This document shows positions 34,611 through 44,628 of a stretch of 51,360 nucleotides of DNA, piece by piece. The notes under the pieces were generated by a model, which was given only the letters and a program-made list of their open reading frames with translations, had not been told where the DNA came from and searched no databases. A program made the position numbers and the translations under genes. Source of the DNA: an uncultured Candidatus Saccharibacteria bacterium (GTDB taxonomy: Bacteria; Patescibacteriota; Minisyncoccia; Phycocordibacterales; DSPV01); assembly GCA_964574355.1 (NCBI GenBank), contig CAZNMD010000005.1:1-51360 (forward strand), read 5' to 3'. Position 1 is the first letter of the stretch; every line of letters starts with the position of its first letter.

Positions 34611-37298
34611 TTATGCTGTTGTATTTTCAGCACTTAATGCTGATGATTCAATAATCATCCCTTTTTTAGCTTTCTTGATGACATTAAATGTAAACTCGCC
34701 ATTTTGCATACCAACCGTAATCATTCCACCTTTCATGACATTTTTTGCAATCATATAAGACGCAACCGGATTTAATATTTTGGATTGAATCAAACGTTTT
34801 AATGGTCTCGCACCATACTGCGGGTTGTATCCTTCTTTCGCGAGATAATCCAAAACAACCTTCTCGACAACAAGCTTGATTTCTTTTTCTTCGAGACGTT
34901 TCACCACAATACCAACCTGAATATCAACAATGGTACGAATCGCTTCTGGCGAAAGAATGTCGAATACAACAATTTCATCAAGACGGTTAAGGAACTCTGG
35001 TCGGAAAAATTCTTTGAGAGAATTCATGACCTTATCCTTAGCATTGTTGTAATCAGCTTTATCACCAAGCGTCGTCGCAAATCCAAGCTTCTGCATTTTA
35101 TCAATGTACTGGCTACCAATGTTTGAAGTCAGAATAATAATAGTATTTCGGAAATTAACAACACGACCTTTCGCATCAGTTAAGCGTCCATTATCTAAAA
35201 CTTGAAGCAAAATATTAAAGATCTCTGGATGAGCCTTTTCAATTTCATCGAAAAGGATAACTGAGTATGGTCGGTGTCGTACCATTTCTGTAAACGCTCC
35301 CCCCTCTTCGTGACCCACATATCCAGGAGGTGAACCAATCATTTTTGAAACACTATGCTTCTCCATATATTCGGACATATCGAGCCGAATCAGTGCCTTC
35401 TCATCATCAAACATAAACTCAGCAAGCGATTTGGTGAGTTCTGTCTTCCCCACACCAGTTGGACCCAAAAAGAGAAATGATCCGATTGGATGCAGTGGAT
35501 CACTAATTCCGGCACGTGAACGCTTCACCGTTTCTGCAATTTTCTTTACCGCCTCATCCTGACCAACAACACGTTTTTGAAGCTCCGCTTCCATGCGAGA
35601 CAATTTTTCTGCCTCAGCTTCAAGCATTCGAGAAACCGGCACACCAGTCCAACGAGAAACAACTTCAGCGATATCCTCTTCAACAATTTCTTCTTTTAAG
35701 ATGCGGCGCGAACTCTGAAGACGCTTCAAGCGTTTCATTTTTTGTTCAAGCTCTTTCTCAAGAGCAGGAATTTTCCCATACCGAATTTCTGCCGCCTTTA
35801 CCAAATCAGCCCGGGCCTCAGCCCCTTCAGCTTCAAGACGAAGCGATTCAAGATCTTTTTTCGCTGCCTTAATTTCAGTAATCGTTTCTTTTTCGTTTTT
35901 CCATTTCAACTCAAGCTCACTTGTCGCCTCCTTAAGATCGGCGATTTCACTATCAATTTTTTTAATTCGATCTTTAGCCTTTTTTGAGCTTTCTGCCTCC
36001 TTCTTAAGTGCCTCCTTTTCAATTTCTAAGCGCATCACTTTACGACGCGTATCTTCCAAAACAGGCGGCATATTCTCAAGTGAGATTTTCAACGATGAAG
36101 CAGCCTCGTCGATAAGGTCAACTGCCTTATCAGGCAAAAATCGATCTGTAATATATCGCGCTGAAAGGGTCACCGACGAAACAATCGCATCATCAGTTAT
36201 GCGAACTCCGTGATACAACTCGTACTTCTCCTTGAGACCTCGCATAATAGCAATTGCATCATCAAGTGTCGGCTCGGCAACATGAACAGGTTGGAAACGA
36301 CGAGTTAACGCAGGATCCTTCTCAATATGCTTTTGATACTCTTTAAGAGTTGTTGCCCCAATAACCCGAAGCTCGCCGCGCGCCAAGGCCGGCTTTAACA
36401 TATTTGACGCATCCATAGACCCCTCAGCAGCACCTGCCCCAACGAGTGTATGAATCTCATCAACAAAAAGAATAACTTTACCTTCTGACCGTTCAACTTC
36501 TTTCATCAAAGCTTTAAGTCGTTCTTCAAACTCACCACGATATTTTGTCCCAGCAATCAAAAGCCCGAGATCAAGAGAAACTAGTTCTTTTTCTTTAAGA
36601 GACTCAGGAACGTCACCTTCAGCAATTCGTTGGGCCAACCCTTCAGCAATCGCCGTCTTTCCAACGCCCGCTTCACCAATCAAAATTGGATTATTTTTTG
36701 TACGACGAGAAAGAATTTGGATCAACCGTCCAATTTCAAGATCCCGCCCAATAACTGGATCGAGTTTATTTTCAGAAGCAAGCTTTGTGAGTGAACGAGT
36801 ATATTTAAGAAGTGTTCTAAATTTCTTCCCACCAGAAACATCAGTAACCTTAGATGTTTTCAATTCAGTGAGCACTCGCGTCACTGACGCTTTGTCAATT
36901 TTAAATTTAACTAACAGTTCACGCGCAGCACCCGGAGCATCAATGAGGGCAATAAAAAGGTGTTCTGTTGAAACAAACTCATCCTTAAAACTTGCTGCAA
37001 CCCGCGTTGACGCCTCAATTGCTTGAGCGAGTTCTGGCGTCAAATAAATCTGATAGGACGGCGACAACACATTAGTTGCCTGCGCACCCTCAATGGCTTC
37101 CATGATAGATTCTGTTAAAAGCATCGCATCAACCTCTAATTTTTCAACAATAGAGGCAACCATACTCTCTTCTTGAAGCACCAGCGCGGCCAAAAGATGT
37201 AACGGATTTACGTGGTTTTGACCACGTTCAATAGCGAGCTCGTGAGCTCGTCGAATAGCTTCTTTTGCTTTTGTAGTGAAATGGCTAAATGGTGGCAT
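34611..37298 (-). CDS. clpB: ATP-dependent chaperone ClpB
   Basis: Clp-N repeats, two intact NBDs ([16 protein letters not shown]) and a long middle coiled-coil domain. Confidence 0.93.
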   Translation of the reverse strand: MPPFSHFTTKAKEAIRRAHELAIERGQNHVNPLHLLAALVLQEESMVASIVEKLEVDAMLLTESIMEAIEGAQATNVLSPSYQIYLTPELAQAIEASTRVAASFKDEFVSTEHLFIALIDAPGAARELLVKFKIDKASVTRVLTELKTSKVTDVSGGKKFRTLLKYTRSLTKLASENKLDPVIGRDLEIGRLIQILSRRTKNNPILIGEAGVGKTAIAEGLAQRIAEGDVPESLKEKELVSLDLGLLIAGTKYRGEFEERLKALMKEVERSEGKVILFVDEIHTLVGAGAAEGSMDASNMLKPALARGELRVIGATTLKEYQKHIEKDPALTRRFQPVHVAEPTLDDAIAIMRGLKEKYELYHGVRITDDAIVSSVTLSARYITDRFLPDKAVDLIDEAASSLKISLENMPPVLEDTRRKVMRLEIEKEALKKEAESSKKAKDRIKKIDSEIADLKEATSELELKWKNEKETITEIKAAKKDLESLRLEAEGAEARADLVKAAEIRYGKIPALEKELEQKMKRLKRLQSSRRILKEEIVEEDIAEVVSRWTGVPVSRMLEAEAEKLSRMEAELQKRVVGQDEAVKKIAETVKRSRAGISDPLHPIGSFLFLGPTGVGKTELTKSLAEFMFDDEKALIRLDMSEYMEKHSVSKMIGSPPGYVGHEEGGAFTEMVRHRPYSVILFDEIEKAHPEIFNILLQVLDNGRLTDAKGRVVNFRNTIIILTSNIGSQYIDKMQKLGFATTLGDKADYNNAKDKVMNSLKEFFRPEFLNRLDEIVVFDILSPEAIRTIVDIQVGIVVKRLEEKEIKLVVEKVVLDYLAKEGYNPQYGARPLKRLIQSKILNPVASYMIAKNVMKGGMITVGMQNGEFTFNVIKKAKKGMIIESSALSAENTTA

Positions 37299-37436
37299 GC
37301 CTATATGATATCAAGTAAAAACGATACGTAAAAATCCGATTTAGATACGGTAAAACAAGACTTAAACAGAATTACTAATGGAAACAATTATACAATAATA
37401 ATATATTGAGTCAATAATTTCCTGGATGTACGAATT

Positions 37437-38252
37437 TTAGAAACGATAAATTTCTTTGGCCTGATCTACCGGCAGAAACGCACCTCGGCTCGCGGTCACC
37501 CCGCCCTCCATAATACCAACAAGTTGTCCGTTCAAATTAAGAAGAGGAGATCCTGTCATCATTGGATTTGAATACAAATTAGTACCAATACCACGATGAA
37601 CAGAATCTTTTAATTCGTCGAGTGATGAAACAATACCTATGGATACCTCATTTTTTTGAGCACCACCTAACCCAATAACGGTTTGCCCCAACCGAAGTGC
37701 ATCAGACATACCAATGGAAGAAAAAGGAAAGGTAGCTGGCCCTGTCTCACCTGGAATAATCGAAAAGAGAGAAAAAGGTGAATTAGTAACTGTTGTCGTT
37801 GCAAATACTAGCTCATGAGAAGAACCATCGAAAAGCACCGCGCGAAAAAGAGTTGTTGTTATGTTGTTTGTAATATGAGGAGCAAGCACTGTTCCTTCTC
37901 TGGTAACAATCACTCCAAGTGAAGCAAACTCTTCTTGCGCCCCGGCCTCCGTTCCTTTTTTGAAAATACGAACAACAGCGGGACCATTTTTCTCAACAGA
38001 AGCAGGTACAAGCTCATCTTCTTTTACCACAACCGTCTCACGCTCAATAACAGTTTTTCCTGGCGTTGTTTCAACAACCTTCTCCGGAACAACTCGCTCA
38101 ACGGTACGCTCAACAACCCTATTTACTGTTTGTGTAATTACTGGAGGTGCATTTTCAAGCAACGACGCAGTCATAATGCCGGTCGCAATAGAAGTCACAA
38201 ACGACACAAGGAGAGCTAAAAGAATTATTTGCTGTTTAGAAAGACTTTCCAT
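37437..38252 (-). CDS. membrane-anchored trypsin-like (HtrA-type) domain protein, probably inactive
   Basis: N-terminal TM, LRLGQTVI, VSIGIVS and GSPLLNLNGQLVGI; the GNSGG nucleophile motif is not conserved. Confidence 0.7.
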   Translation of the reverse strand: MESLSKQQIILLALLVSFVTSIATGIMTASLLENAPPVITQTVNRVVERTVERVVPEKVVETTPGKTVIERETVVVKEDELVPASVEKNGPAVVRIFKKGTEAGAQEEFASLGVIVTREGTVLAPHITNNITTTLFRAVLFDGSSHELVFATTTVTNSPFSLFSIIPGETGPATFPFSSIGMSDALRLGQTVIGLGGAQKNEVSIGIVSSLDELKDSVHRGIGTNLYSNPMMTGSPLLNLNGQLVGIMEGGVTASRGAFLPVDQAKEIYRF

Positions 38253-38321
38253 ATGAATATAGTACCATGCAAGACTTTAATCCAAGAAAGTATTGGTTCA
38301 TAACAACACCCCACAGAAAAA

Positions 38322-39509
38322 TTATTTTCTCAATTCTTTAAAACTTTCTCGAGCATACGCAACCGCTTGTACATATGCGTCTTTAATTTTTTTAACATCA
38401 CTCATTTTTACATAAGGACCTATAGTAAAACGAACTGCCGATTGAGCTCGCCACACATCATGAGGGGCAATAGCCAAAACCACAGGAGAAATCTGTTCAC
38501 CTGCCGCACACGCAGTCCCCGTTGATGCCGCAACACCAAGTACATCTAATTTCGTCACTACAACATCAGCATTAATACCACGAAGAGAAACATTCACATT
38601 ATTAGGAACACGATGTTTTAGTGTTCCATTTACTATCACTTCTGGAAGTGATTCTTGAATCATCTTTAGAAGAGCATTTCTTACCAATAAAACAGACCTC
38701 TCTGTTCCTTTTCTTTTTTTTGCTATTACAGATAACGCTCGTGCAAAACCAGCGATACCAGGAACATTTTGTGTACCAGACCGAAGACCGGCCTCTTGTC
38801 CACCACCAGTAATAATTGGCCTCAATACAACACCCCTTACTACAGCAAGCGCCCCGACCCCACGAGGTCCACCAACTTTAAGACTGTCGATAGCAATCGT
38901 ATCGACACGTAACGTATCAAGATGAACAGAAATCCACGGTGCTGATTGACAAGCATCAACATGAACATGAGGATTTCCTAAACTTTTCACAACAGAAACA
39001 ATTTCAGAAATGGGCTGGATCGTACCAATCTCACTGTTAACATGATGAAGAACAACCAACGATGTTTTATTTGTAACAATTGCCTTAAAAAAAATGGGAT
39101 CAAGAATACCATCCTCTCGAGGAACAACCCACTGCACAAAAACCCCTTTCTTTTGATAGAAAAGGAGAGTTTCTCGAATCGACGGGTGTTCAATTGTACT
39201 TGAAACAACAAAAACATTTTCATACCGACCAAGCCGTAACGCAGCCTCTTCGATAACACCTCCTATGGCCACAAGGTTCGATTCCGTTCCAGAAGCCGTA
39301 AAAATTACCTCATCTGCTTTTGTATTAAAAAACTGAGCAACCATTTTACGAGCTTCTTCAAGTTCTCTTCGTGCAATCCTCCCCTCTTCATGAATCGAGC
39401 TTGGATTACCAACATATTTAGACACTCTTAAAAACTCAGCACGAGCCTCTTTCAAAAGAGGTGCCCCTGCTGCATAATCGGCATACACTCTTACTCCCTT
39501 TTTTTGCAT
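38322..39509 (-). CDS. iscS: cysteine desulfurase (IscS/NifS family)
   Basis: GNPSSIH, FTASGTES, EHPS, HVDACQ, K.GGP.GVG, GGGQE.GLRSGT and STGTAC. Confidence 0.9.
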   Translation of the reverse strand: MQKKGVRVYADYAAGAPLLKEARAEFLRVSKYVGNPSSIHEEGRIARRELEEARKMVAQFFNTKADEVIFTASGTESNLVAIGGVIEEAALRLGRYENVFVVSSTIEHPSIRETLLFYQKKGVFVQWVVPREDGILDPIFFKAIVTNKTSLVVLHHVNSEIGTIQPISEIVSVVKSLGNPHVHVDACQSAPWISVHLDTLRVDTIAIDSLKVGGPRGVGALAVVRGVVLRPIITGGGQEAGLRSGTQNVPGIAGFARALSVIAKKRKGTERSVLLVRNALLKMIQESLPEVIVNGTLKHRVPNNVNVSLRGINADVVVTKLDVLGVAASTGTACAAGEQISPVVLAIAPHDVWRAQSAVRFTIGPYVKMSDVKKIKDAYVQAVAYARESFKELRK

Positions 39510-39643
39510 GACCACCATAGTACAACTAAGCCTCTTACTCGACTAGGGCTTAGCACTTATGAGAAAACTTTTTATTTTTAGACCAAACCTTCACCAAACC
39601 AAGTGTTTGCAACATTATAAATAATATTGTACGATAACGAATC

Positions 39644-40129
39644 ATGCAGCTCGACTCAACTATTCTTATTTTTGTAGGAGCATCTGTTGCCATCCTCATT
39701 ATTATTGGCTGGCTGATACACCTTGAACGTCGAGTTTCAAAACTTGTTATTGGCAAGAATGGAAAATCATTAGAGGACTCAATACTCTTTGCAAAAAATC
39801 AACTTCTTGAACAAGCAGCTTGGAAAAAAGAGATAGAACAGTACCTCGCGCACGTTGAACATCGCTTAACTCATACACTCCGTGAATCAAAAACTATTCG
39901 ATTCAACGCTTTCAAAGGAACAGGCGAAGGTGGAAATCAGAGCTTTGCAACAGCCTTCCTTTCAGAAAAAGGAAACGGCGTGGTCATTTCAAGTCTCTTT
40001 ACTCGCGACCGAGTGAGTGTATATGCAAAACCAATCGTAAAACTTGAATCAACTTATGATTTAACCGAAGAGGAACGCCAAGCTATAAATGAAACAGTTC
40101 AATCGGTTAAGGAAACAAAAGATAAATGA
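39644..40129 (+). CDS. DUF4446 family protein
   Basis: N-terminal TM, RFNAF...GGNQSF..A.L...GNGVVISSL..R....YAKP and LTEEE..A. Confidence 0.8.
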   Translation: MQLDSTILIFVGASVAILIIIGWLIHLERRVSKLVIGKNGKSLEDSILFAKNQLLEQAAWKKEIEQYLAHVEHRLTHTLRESKTIRFNAFKGTGEGGNQSFATAFLSEKGNGVVISSLFTRDRVSVYAKPIVKLESTYDLTEEERQAINETVQSVKETKDK

Positions 40130-41664
40130 AAAAAGAACCCACAAAAAAAGCAGTAAACACGGCGGTCCCTCGACCGCCTGTTGTTGCTATTATGGGCCAC
40201 ATTGACCACGGCAAATCAACCCTTCTCGATTTTATTCGAAAAACACATATCACCGACAAAGAAGCAGGTAGTATTACTCAGCACCTTGGAGCCTACGAAA
40301 CGACCTTTGAAGGAGATACCGGAGCAAAACGCCGTATAACCTTCCTTGATACTCCAGGTCATGCAGCTTTTGGGGGTATCCGCGAACGCAGTGCCAAAGC
40401 GGCAGATATTGCCATCCTTGTTGTCTCAGGAGAAGAAGGTGTAAAACCACAAACTATCGAAGCCTATAAACGGATTATTGAAAGCAACCTCACGTTTATT
40501 GTCGCGGTCACAAAATCAGATAGTCCTAAATTTAACCTAGAAAGAACTCGACAATCACTCGCGGAACATGAAATTTTTACTGAAGGTTACGGCGGAGACG
40601 TTTCCACCATCGCTGTATCTGGAAAAACGGGCGACGGCATAAAAGAACTTCTCGATCTTATTGCTCTAACAGCTGATATGGCTGAAATCACGTACGATCC
40701 ACACCTCCCGGCTCATGGAGTCATTGTTGAGGCACACAGAGACGAAAAAAGAGGAAACGCGGCAACTATTGTTATTAAAAACGGCACACTTACAAAAGGT
40801 TCTTGGCTTTCTTCAGGAAACACAACAACACCCGTTCGTTATATAGAAAACGATCTTGGTCAAACAGTAGACACTGCCACAGCATCAACGCCCGTTGGTG
40901 TTATTGGCTGGAACGCCCTTCCCCCTATAGGCGAAGATGTCTTTATGCACCCAGATAGAAAATCAGCCGAAGCTGCTCTTGTCAAAAAACCTTCTGTTGA
41001 TACAACAAAAAAAACAGACGTCCCTCTGCTTGATACAAACGATACAAATAGCACGCCAATCAAAGTCCACACACTAAACGTTATCGTAAAAGCTGACACT
41101 GCAAGTTCAGCCGAAGCTGTAGTTGGAGAACTTAAAAAACTATCGGTACCAGAAGTTACTGTACACATCATTGAATCGGGAGTCGGAGATATAACTGAAA
41201 GTGATCTGAAACTCGCAACCGCACGAACAGATTGTGTTCTCGTTGCCTTTAACGCAGCTATCTCAAAAAAACTTACAGAATACGCACTACGTGAAAATAT
41301 CCCCGTTCTTGCTTTTGACATTATTTACACCTTGGTTGAAACAATCCAAACAATGGTGAAAGAAAGAACTCCAAAAGTTATCCTCGAAGAAATGACTGCT
41401 CGCGTAAAAATTATTCGAGTTTTCAGTGTTGATAAAGATAAACAAATTGTTGGCGGACGCGTCGAAGAAGGTACCCTTACTTCCGGTTCTTCAGTAAAAC
41501 TATTTCGACGTGATGCTCCAATTGGAGTTGGAAAAATTAGAAATATCGAACACAACAAACAAAAAGTTACTGAAGTTAAAAAGGGGTCTGAATTTGGCAT
41601 GATGATTGAGTCAAAAATAATTATTGCTCCAGGTGACAGTTTGCAATCATTCACACAAAGCTAG
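40126..41664 (+). CDS. infB: translation initiation factor IF-2 (short form)
   Basis: RPPVVAIMGHIDHGKSTLLD, ITQHLGAY and FLDTPGH. Confidence 0.96.
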   Translation: MKKEPTKKAVNTAVPRPPVVAIMGHIDHGKSTLLDFIRKTHITDKEAGSITQHLGAYETTFEGDTGAKRRITFLDTPGHAAFGGIRERSAKAADIAILVVSGEEGVKPQTIEAYKRIIESNLTFIVAVTKSDSPKFNLERTRQSLAEHEIFTEGYGGDVSTIAVSGKTGDGIKELLDLIALTADMAEITYDPHLPAHGVIVEAHRDEKRGNAATIVIKNGTLTKGSWLSSGNTTTPVRYIENDLGQTVDTATASTPVGVIGWNALPPIGEDVFMHPDRKSAEAALVKKPSVDTTKKTDVPLLDTNDTNSTPIKVHTLNVIVKADTASSAEAVVGELKKLSVPEVTVHIIESGVGDITESDLKLATARTDCVLVAFNAAISKKLTEYALRENIPVLAFDIIYTLVETIQTMVKERTPKVILEEMTARVKIIRVFSVDKDKQIVGGRVEEGTLTSGSSVKLFRRDAPIGVGKIRNIEHNKQKVTEVKKGSEFGMMIESKIIIAPGDSLQSFTQS

Positions 41665-41667
41665 TAT

Positions 41668-42000
41668 ATGGCCGACGAAATTAAAGATAATCGAGCGAAA
41701 TCCATATTAACTGATGCAGCTGCATCGTTTATCGCACTTGAAACAAATGGTTTTTCGCTGATCACTGTGACAAACGTCAATATTACCAACCACGGAAAAA
41801 TGGCTGACATCCTCGTTACCGTCTTACCAGACAAGGAAGCCGAGTCGGCAATTAGCTTTTTGAAGAGAAAACGTGGCATCTTTCGTGATTATCTCAAAGA
41901 TAAAACAAAGCTTGCACGTATCCCTTTTATTGATTTCAACCTTGACCTTGGTGAAAAAAATCGCCAGCGCATAGATGAATTGACCATACCAAAAACATAG
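41668..42000 (+). CDS. rbfA: ribosome-binding factor A
   Basis: Follows infB; LITVT.V...A.I.V and RIPFIDF.LD.G...RIDEL. Confidence 0.85.
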   Translation: MADEIKDNRAKSILTDAAASFIALETNGFSLITVTNVNITNHGKMADILVTVLPDKEAESAISFLKRKRGIFRDYLKDKTKLARIPFIDFNLDLGEKNRQRIDELTIPKT

Positions 42001-42052
42001 CCGTCTTTGGCTTTTCTGGTAGGATAATGATTACCCTCCCCAAAAGGACGGT

Positions 42053-42079
42053 AATGCGGTGGTGGCGAAGTTGGTTAAC
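42053..42079 (+). repeat. 27-bp duplicate of the tRNA-Cys 5' end
   Basis: AATGCGGTGGTGGCGAAGTTGGTTAAC is identical at 42053-42079 and 42175-42201. Confidence 0.9.
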
Positions 42080-42177
42080 CCCAGCACCAACGAATATCTG
42101 GTACGGGGCACGGCGTGACTCCGTCGCTAGTGCTAAGATTGAGCTCGTGGTACCAAAAAATAGTTAGTTACAGAAAT

Positions 42178-42251
42178 GCGGTGGTGGCGAAGTTGGTTAA
42201 CGCGACGGTCTGCAAAACCGTTATACGCGGGTTCGATCCCCGCCCACCGCT
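42178..42251 (+). tRNA. tRNA-Cys(GCA)
   Basis: GCGGTGG/CCACCGC acceptor, ACGGT-CTGCAAA-ACCGT, GGTTCGATCCC, U73. Confidence 0.95.
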
Positions 42252-42329
42252 CAAGAAAATCGTTCATAAGGCGATTTTCGAAAAGGTTAGAGGAGAACCG
42301 TGCCTACGCACTGTTAAAACCTGACCTAT

Positions 42330-42413
42330 GCCCGGGTGACGTAATTGGTAGCCGTACGAGACTTAAAATCTCGAGATCGTAAGATCGTGTGGGTTCGATT
42401 CCCACCCCGGGCA
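42330..42413 (+). tRNA. tRNA-Leu(TAA)
   Basis: GCCCGGG acceptor, CGAGA-CTTAAAA-TCTCG, long variable arm, GGTTCGATTCC. Confidence 0.95.
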
Positions 42414-42441
42414 CAAAAACAATTTACACTTTTTACATATC

Positions 42442-43773
42442 CTAAAATCCGTAGGTATACAAACTTTGAATCAAGAAAAATAAAACAATTAATGTAGCGA
42501 CTGCTCGTGTTGCTAACACGCCAGAAGCTTCAGAAAAAATCGACAGTTTTTCAAGACCATAAACAAGTATAAGCACCGCAAAAAAGTATGCGGGAACATA
42601 ATGGTATAAAAACATTGGCCTCGTCCACGCCATACACACGATTGATAAATAGGAAACCATATACCCCAACAAAAGCATTGCTTCTGTTTGAGAAGGAGAA
42701 GAAGTGTGTACATTTTTGCGAGCGAATAATCGAAACACAGTTACAAAAATAAGTAACAGTATAGCGACAAATGTAAACGTATACACGGGAAAACTTCCAG
42801 AAAACCGAATACTTTGCCGATCTCCTTTTTTCTGCCACGCATTCATTACATCAAGCCCTAAAGGCCATTTCTCTGGATAACCGTAAGCTAAAACATGATC
42901 CATAATCTTTGGATTTTTTTGTATGGCAACCGAGGTCTTTGTATGAGCATAGACATGCTCCAAAACAGTACCCGCTGTTACAAAAGAAGGAAAAGAAATA
43001 GCATCAGCTAAATCAGCATATAAACTTCTACTTGGAGTAACCAATCCACCCTCAAAATGAGAAAGGTATACACCCCATACAAAAAGATGAGTTGCAATTG
43101 AGACAACAAAGACAACACCTACCAAAAGAACTATTTTCCACCACTGACGAACATAGATCACAAAAACGAGAGCCGCCAGAACTCCAAAAATGCCTCCTGT
43201 CCATTTAACCGAAAATGCTAACCCCACAAACAGACCGGAAAGAAAAGCGAAAAACCAATTTCGCCACCCTTCCCATCGAACCGCACATAAAGAAAAAATC
43301 ATCGAAAGAAGGCAAAAAACCCACAAGATCGAATCGGGTAAAATAAGTCGCGAATAGACAATAAGAAGTGAATCAAGCATTGCGGCACCTCCCGCAATCA
43401 GTGCATATTTCCTTCCTATACCAAAAAGCCGTGCGAGAATAAAAAGTAACCCCGGAATCAACATACCAAAAACAACAGATACTTTTCGTGCGGGCACATA
43501 CGGAAAATCTCCAAAGGGTTTACCAATCACACTTTGCTTATGAAAAAGAGGCACAGCGTCACCCTCTCCATAAGGAGATGTGAAAATCATTCGCGCTAAA
43601 GGTGGATGAATTTCAAAATATCGAATCTGGTGAACATCGTTCGACAAAAAAGTTGCATACGCCCCCTCATCAAATACAGAAACTGCTGGATACGAAATAA
43701 AAGGTATACGAACAAAAAATGACGCAAGGACTAACCCTGCAACAATATACCAATCAATCCGTGAGAACTTCAT
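42442..43773 (-). CDS. PMT-family (GT-C) protein O-mannosyltransferase-like protein
   Basis: VFDE..Y, HPPLAR, SRLIL.D, SVKWTG and RPMFLYHY.PA motifs; polytopic membrane protein. Confidence 0.85.
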   Translation of the reverse strand: MKFSRIDWYIVAGLVLASFFVRIPFISYPAVSVFDEGAYATFLSNDVHQIRYFEIHPPLARMIFTSPYGEGDAVPLFHKQSVIGKPFGDFPYVPARKVSVVFGMLIPGLLFILARLFGIGRKYALIAGGAAMLDSLLIVYSRLILPDSILWVFCLLSMIFSLCAVRWEGWRNWFFAFLSGLFVGLAFSVKWTGGIFGVLAALVFVIYVRQWWKIVLLVGVVFVVSIATHLFVWGVYLSHFEGGLVTPSRSLYADLADAISFPSFVTAGTVLEHVYAHTKTSVAIQKNPKIMDHVLAYGYPEKWPLGLDVMNAWQKKGDRQSIRFSGSFPVYTFTFVAILLLIFVTVFRLFARKNVHTSSPSQTEAMLLLGYMVSYLSIVCMAWTRPMFLYHYVPAYFFAVLILVYGLEKLSIFSEASGVLATRAVATLIVLFFLIQSLYTYGF

Positions 43774-43976
43774 AGAATCCTTTGAGTCTATCTAAAGTAG
43801 AAAAAAAATCCATAGGCAGAGAACAAAAAACATAGTACATTTGCCGAAAGTACTTAATTGTTATACATTTTCTCTACACTCTAACGATTCGTTAGTTTGA
43901 AACCCGCGCATTCATATGCTGTTTTAGTAAATATGCAGTAAAATTAACAGCTATTACATGGGTTAACGTTTACTAT

Positions 43977-44049
43977 CCGCCCGTAGCTCAGTCGGTAGAG
44001 CAGTCGCCTCTTAAGCGAATGGTCGCAGGTTCGATTCCTGCCGGGCGGA
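43977..44049 (+). tRNA. tRNA-Lys(CTT)
   Basis: CCGCCCG/CGGGCGG acceptor, TAGCTCAGTCGGTAGAGC D-arm, CTCTTAA anticodon loop, GGTTCGATTCC. Confidence 0.93.
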
Positions 44050-44347
44050 CAAAAACAAACGAAGTGAGTTTTTTCTCGCCCGGAGTGAGCAAACTGCTTT
44101 GCTCACGTCAGGAATCGAAGAGGTCGAACATATCGTAGTGAGCTTCCGAGCGAAACGAGATGTGAGGCCTGTACCGTCCCCGTAGGGGAAGATTATCCTG
44201 CTGTACAGAAATCGAAGCCGTTCTCCGTTATTTGTGAGGTATTCTGATGCCAAACAAATCGGAAACGGATACTGCTCCTGTAAGGAGGGATACTCCTGCC
44301 GGTTCATGCAGAAATCGAAGAGGTCAAACATATCGTAGTGAGCTTCC
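44050..44347 (+). other. structured tRNA-Lys tail element (about 2.4 tandem modules)
   Basis: Antisense copy of the tRNA 3' end split by a hairpin; CAGRAATCGAAG units at 44109, 44206 and 44309. Confidence 0.8.
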
Positions 44348-44369
44348 AACGGCTTCACGGCCTCCGTCT

Positions 44370-44628
44370 TTCAAGTCCTCTCCCGCGCATAAAACAATAG
44401 TCGCCCAATGCTTTCGCATTGGGCTCCTTTGTTTTTGGTGCGCGGGAGAGGAATCTTTCCCGCGACTCAAAATTTGCCGTCGCAAATTTTGGTCTGGGCA
44501 CCGCCTCGCTCCCATTCGAAACGAATGGATCCTGCTCCGGCGTTCAAGTCCTCACGAAAGCTCCCCCGGAGCTTTCTTCTCGCACTACCCAAGCAAAAAT
44601 CGCCTTTCGGCGATTTTGTGCTTTTGGG
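44370..44628 (-). other. structured tRNA-Leu(TAG) tail element
   Basis: Two inverted copies (44370-44389, 44542-44585) and one direct copy (44436-44452) of the tRNA 3' end, separated by hairpins. Confidence 0.8.

Noticed and set aside
33916-34633. Long ORFs spanning tRNA-Tyr (192 aa and 117 aa)
   Set aside because: They overlap the tRNA and its tail; only the part from ATG 34215 is credible.
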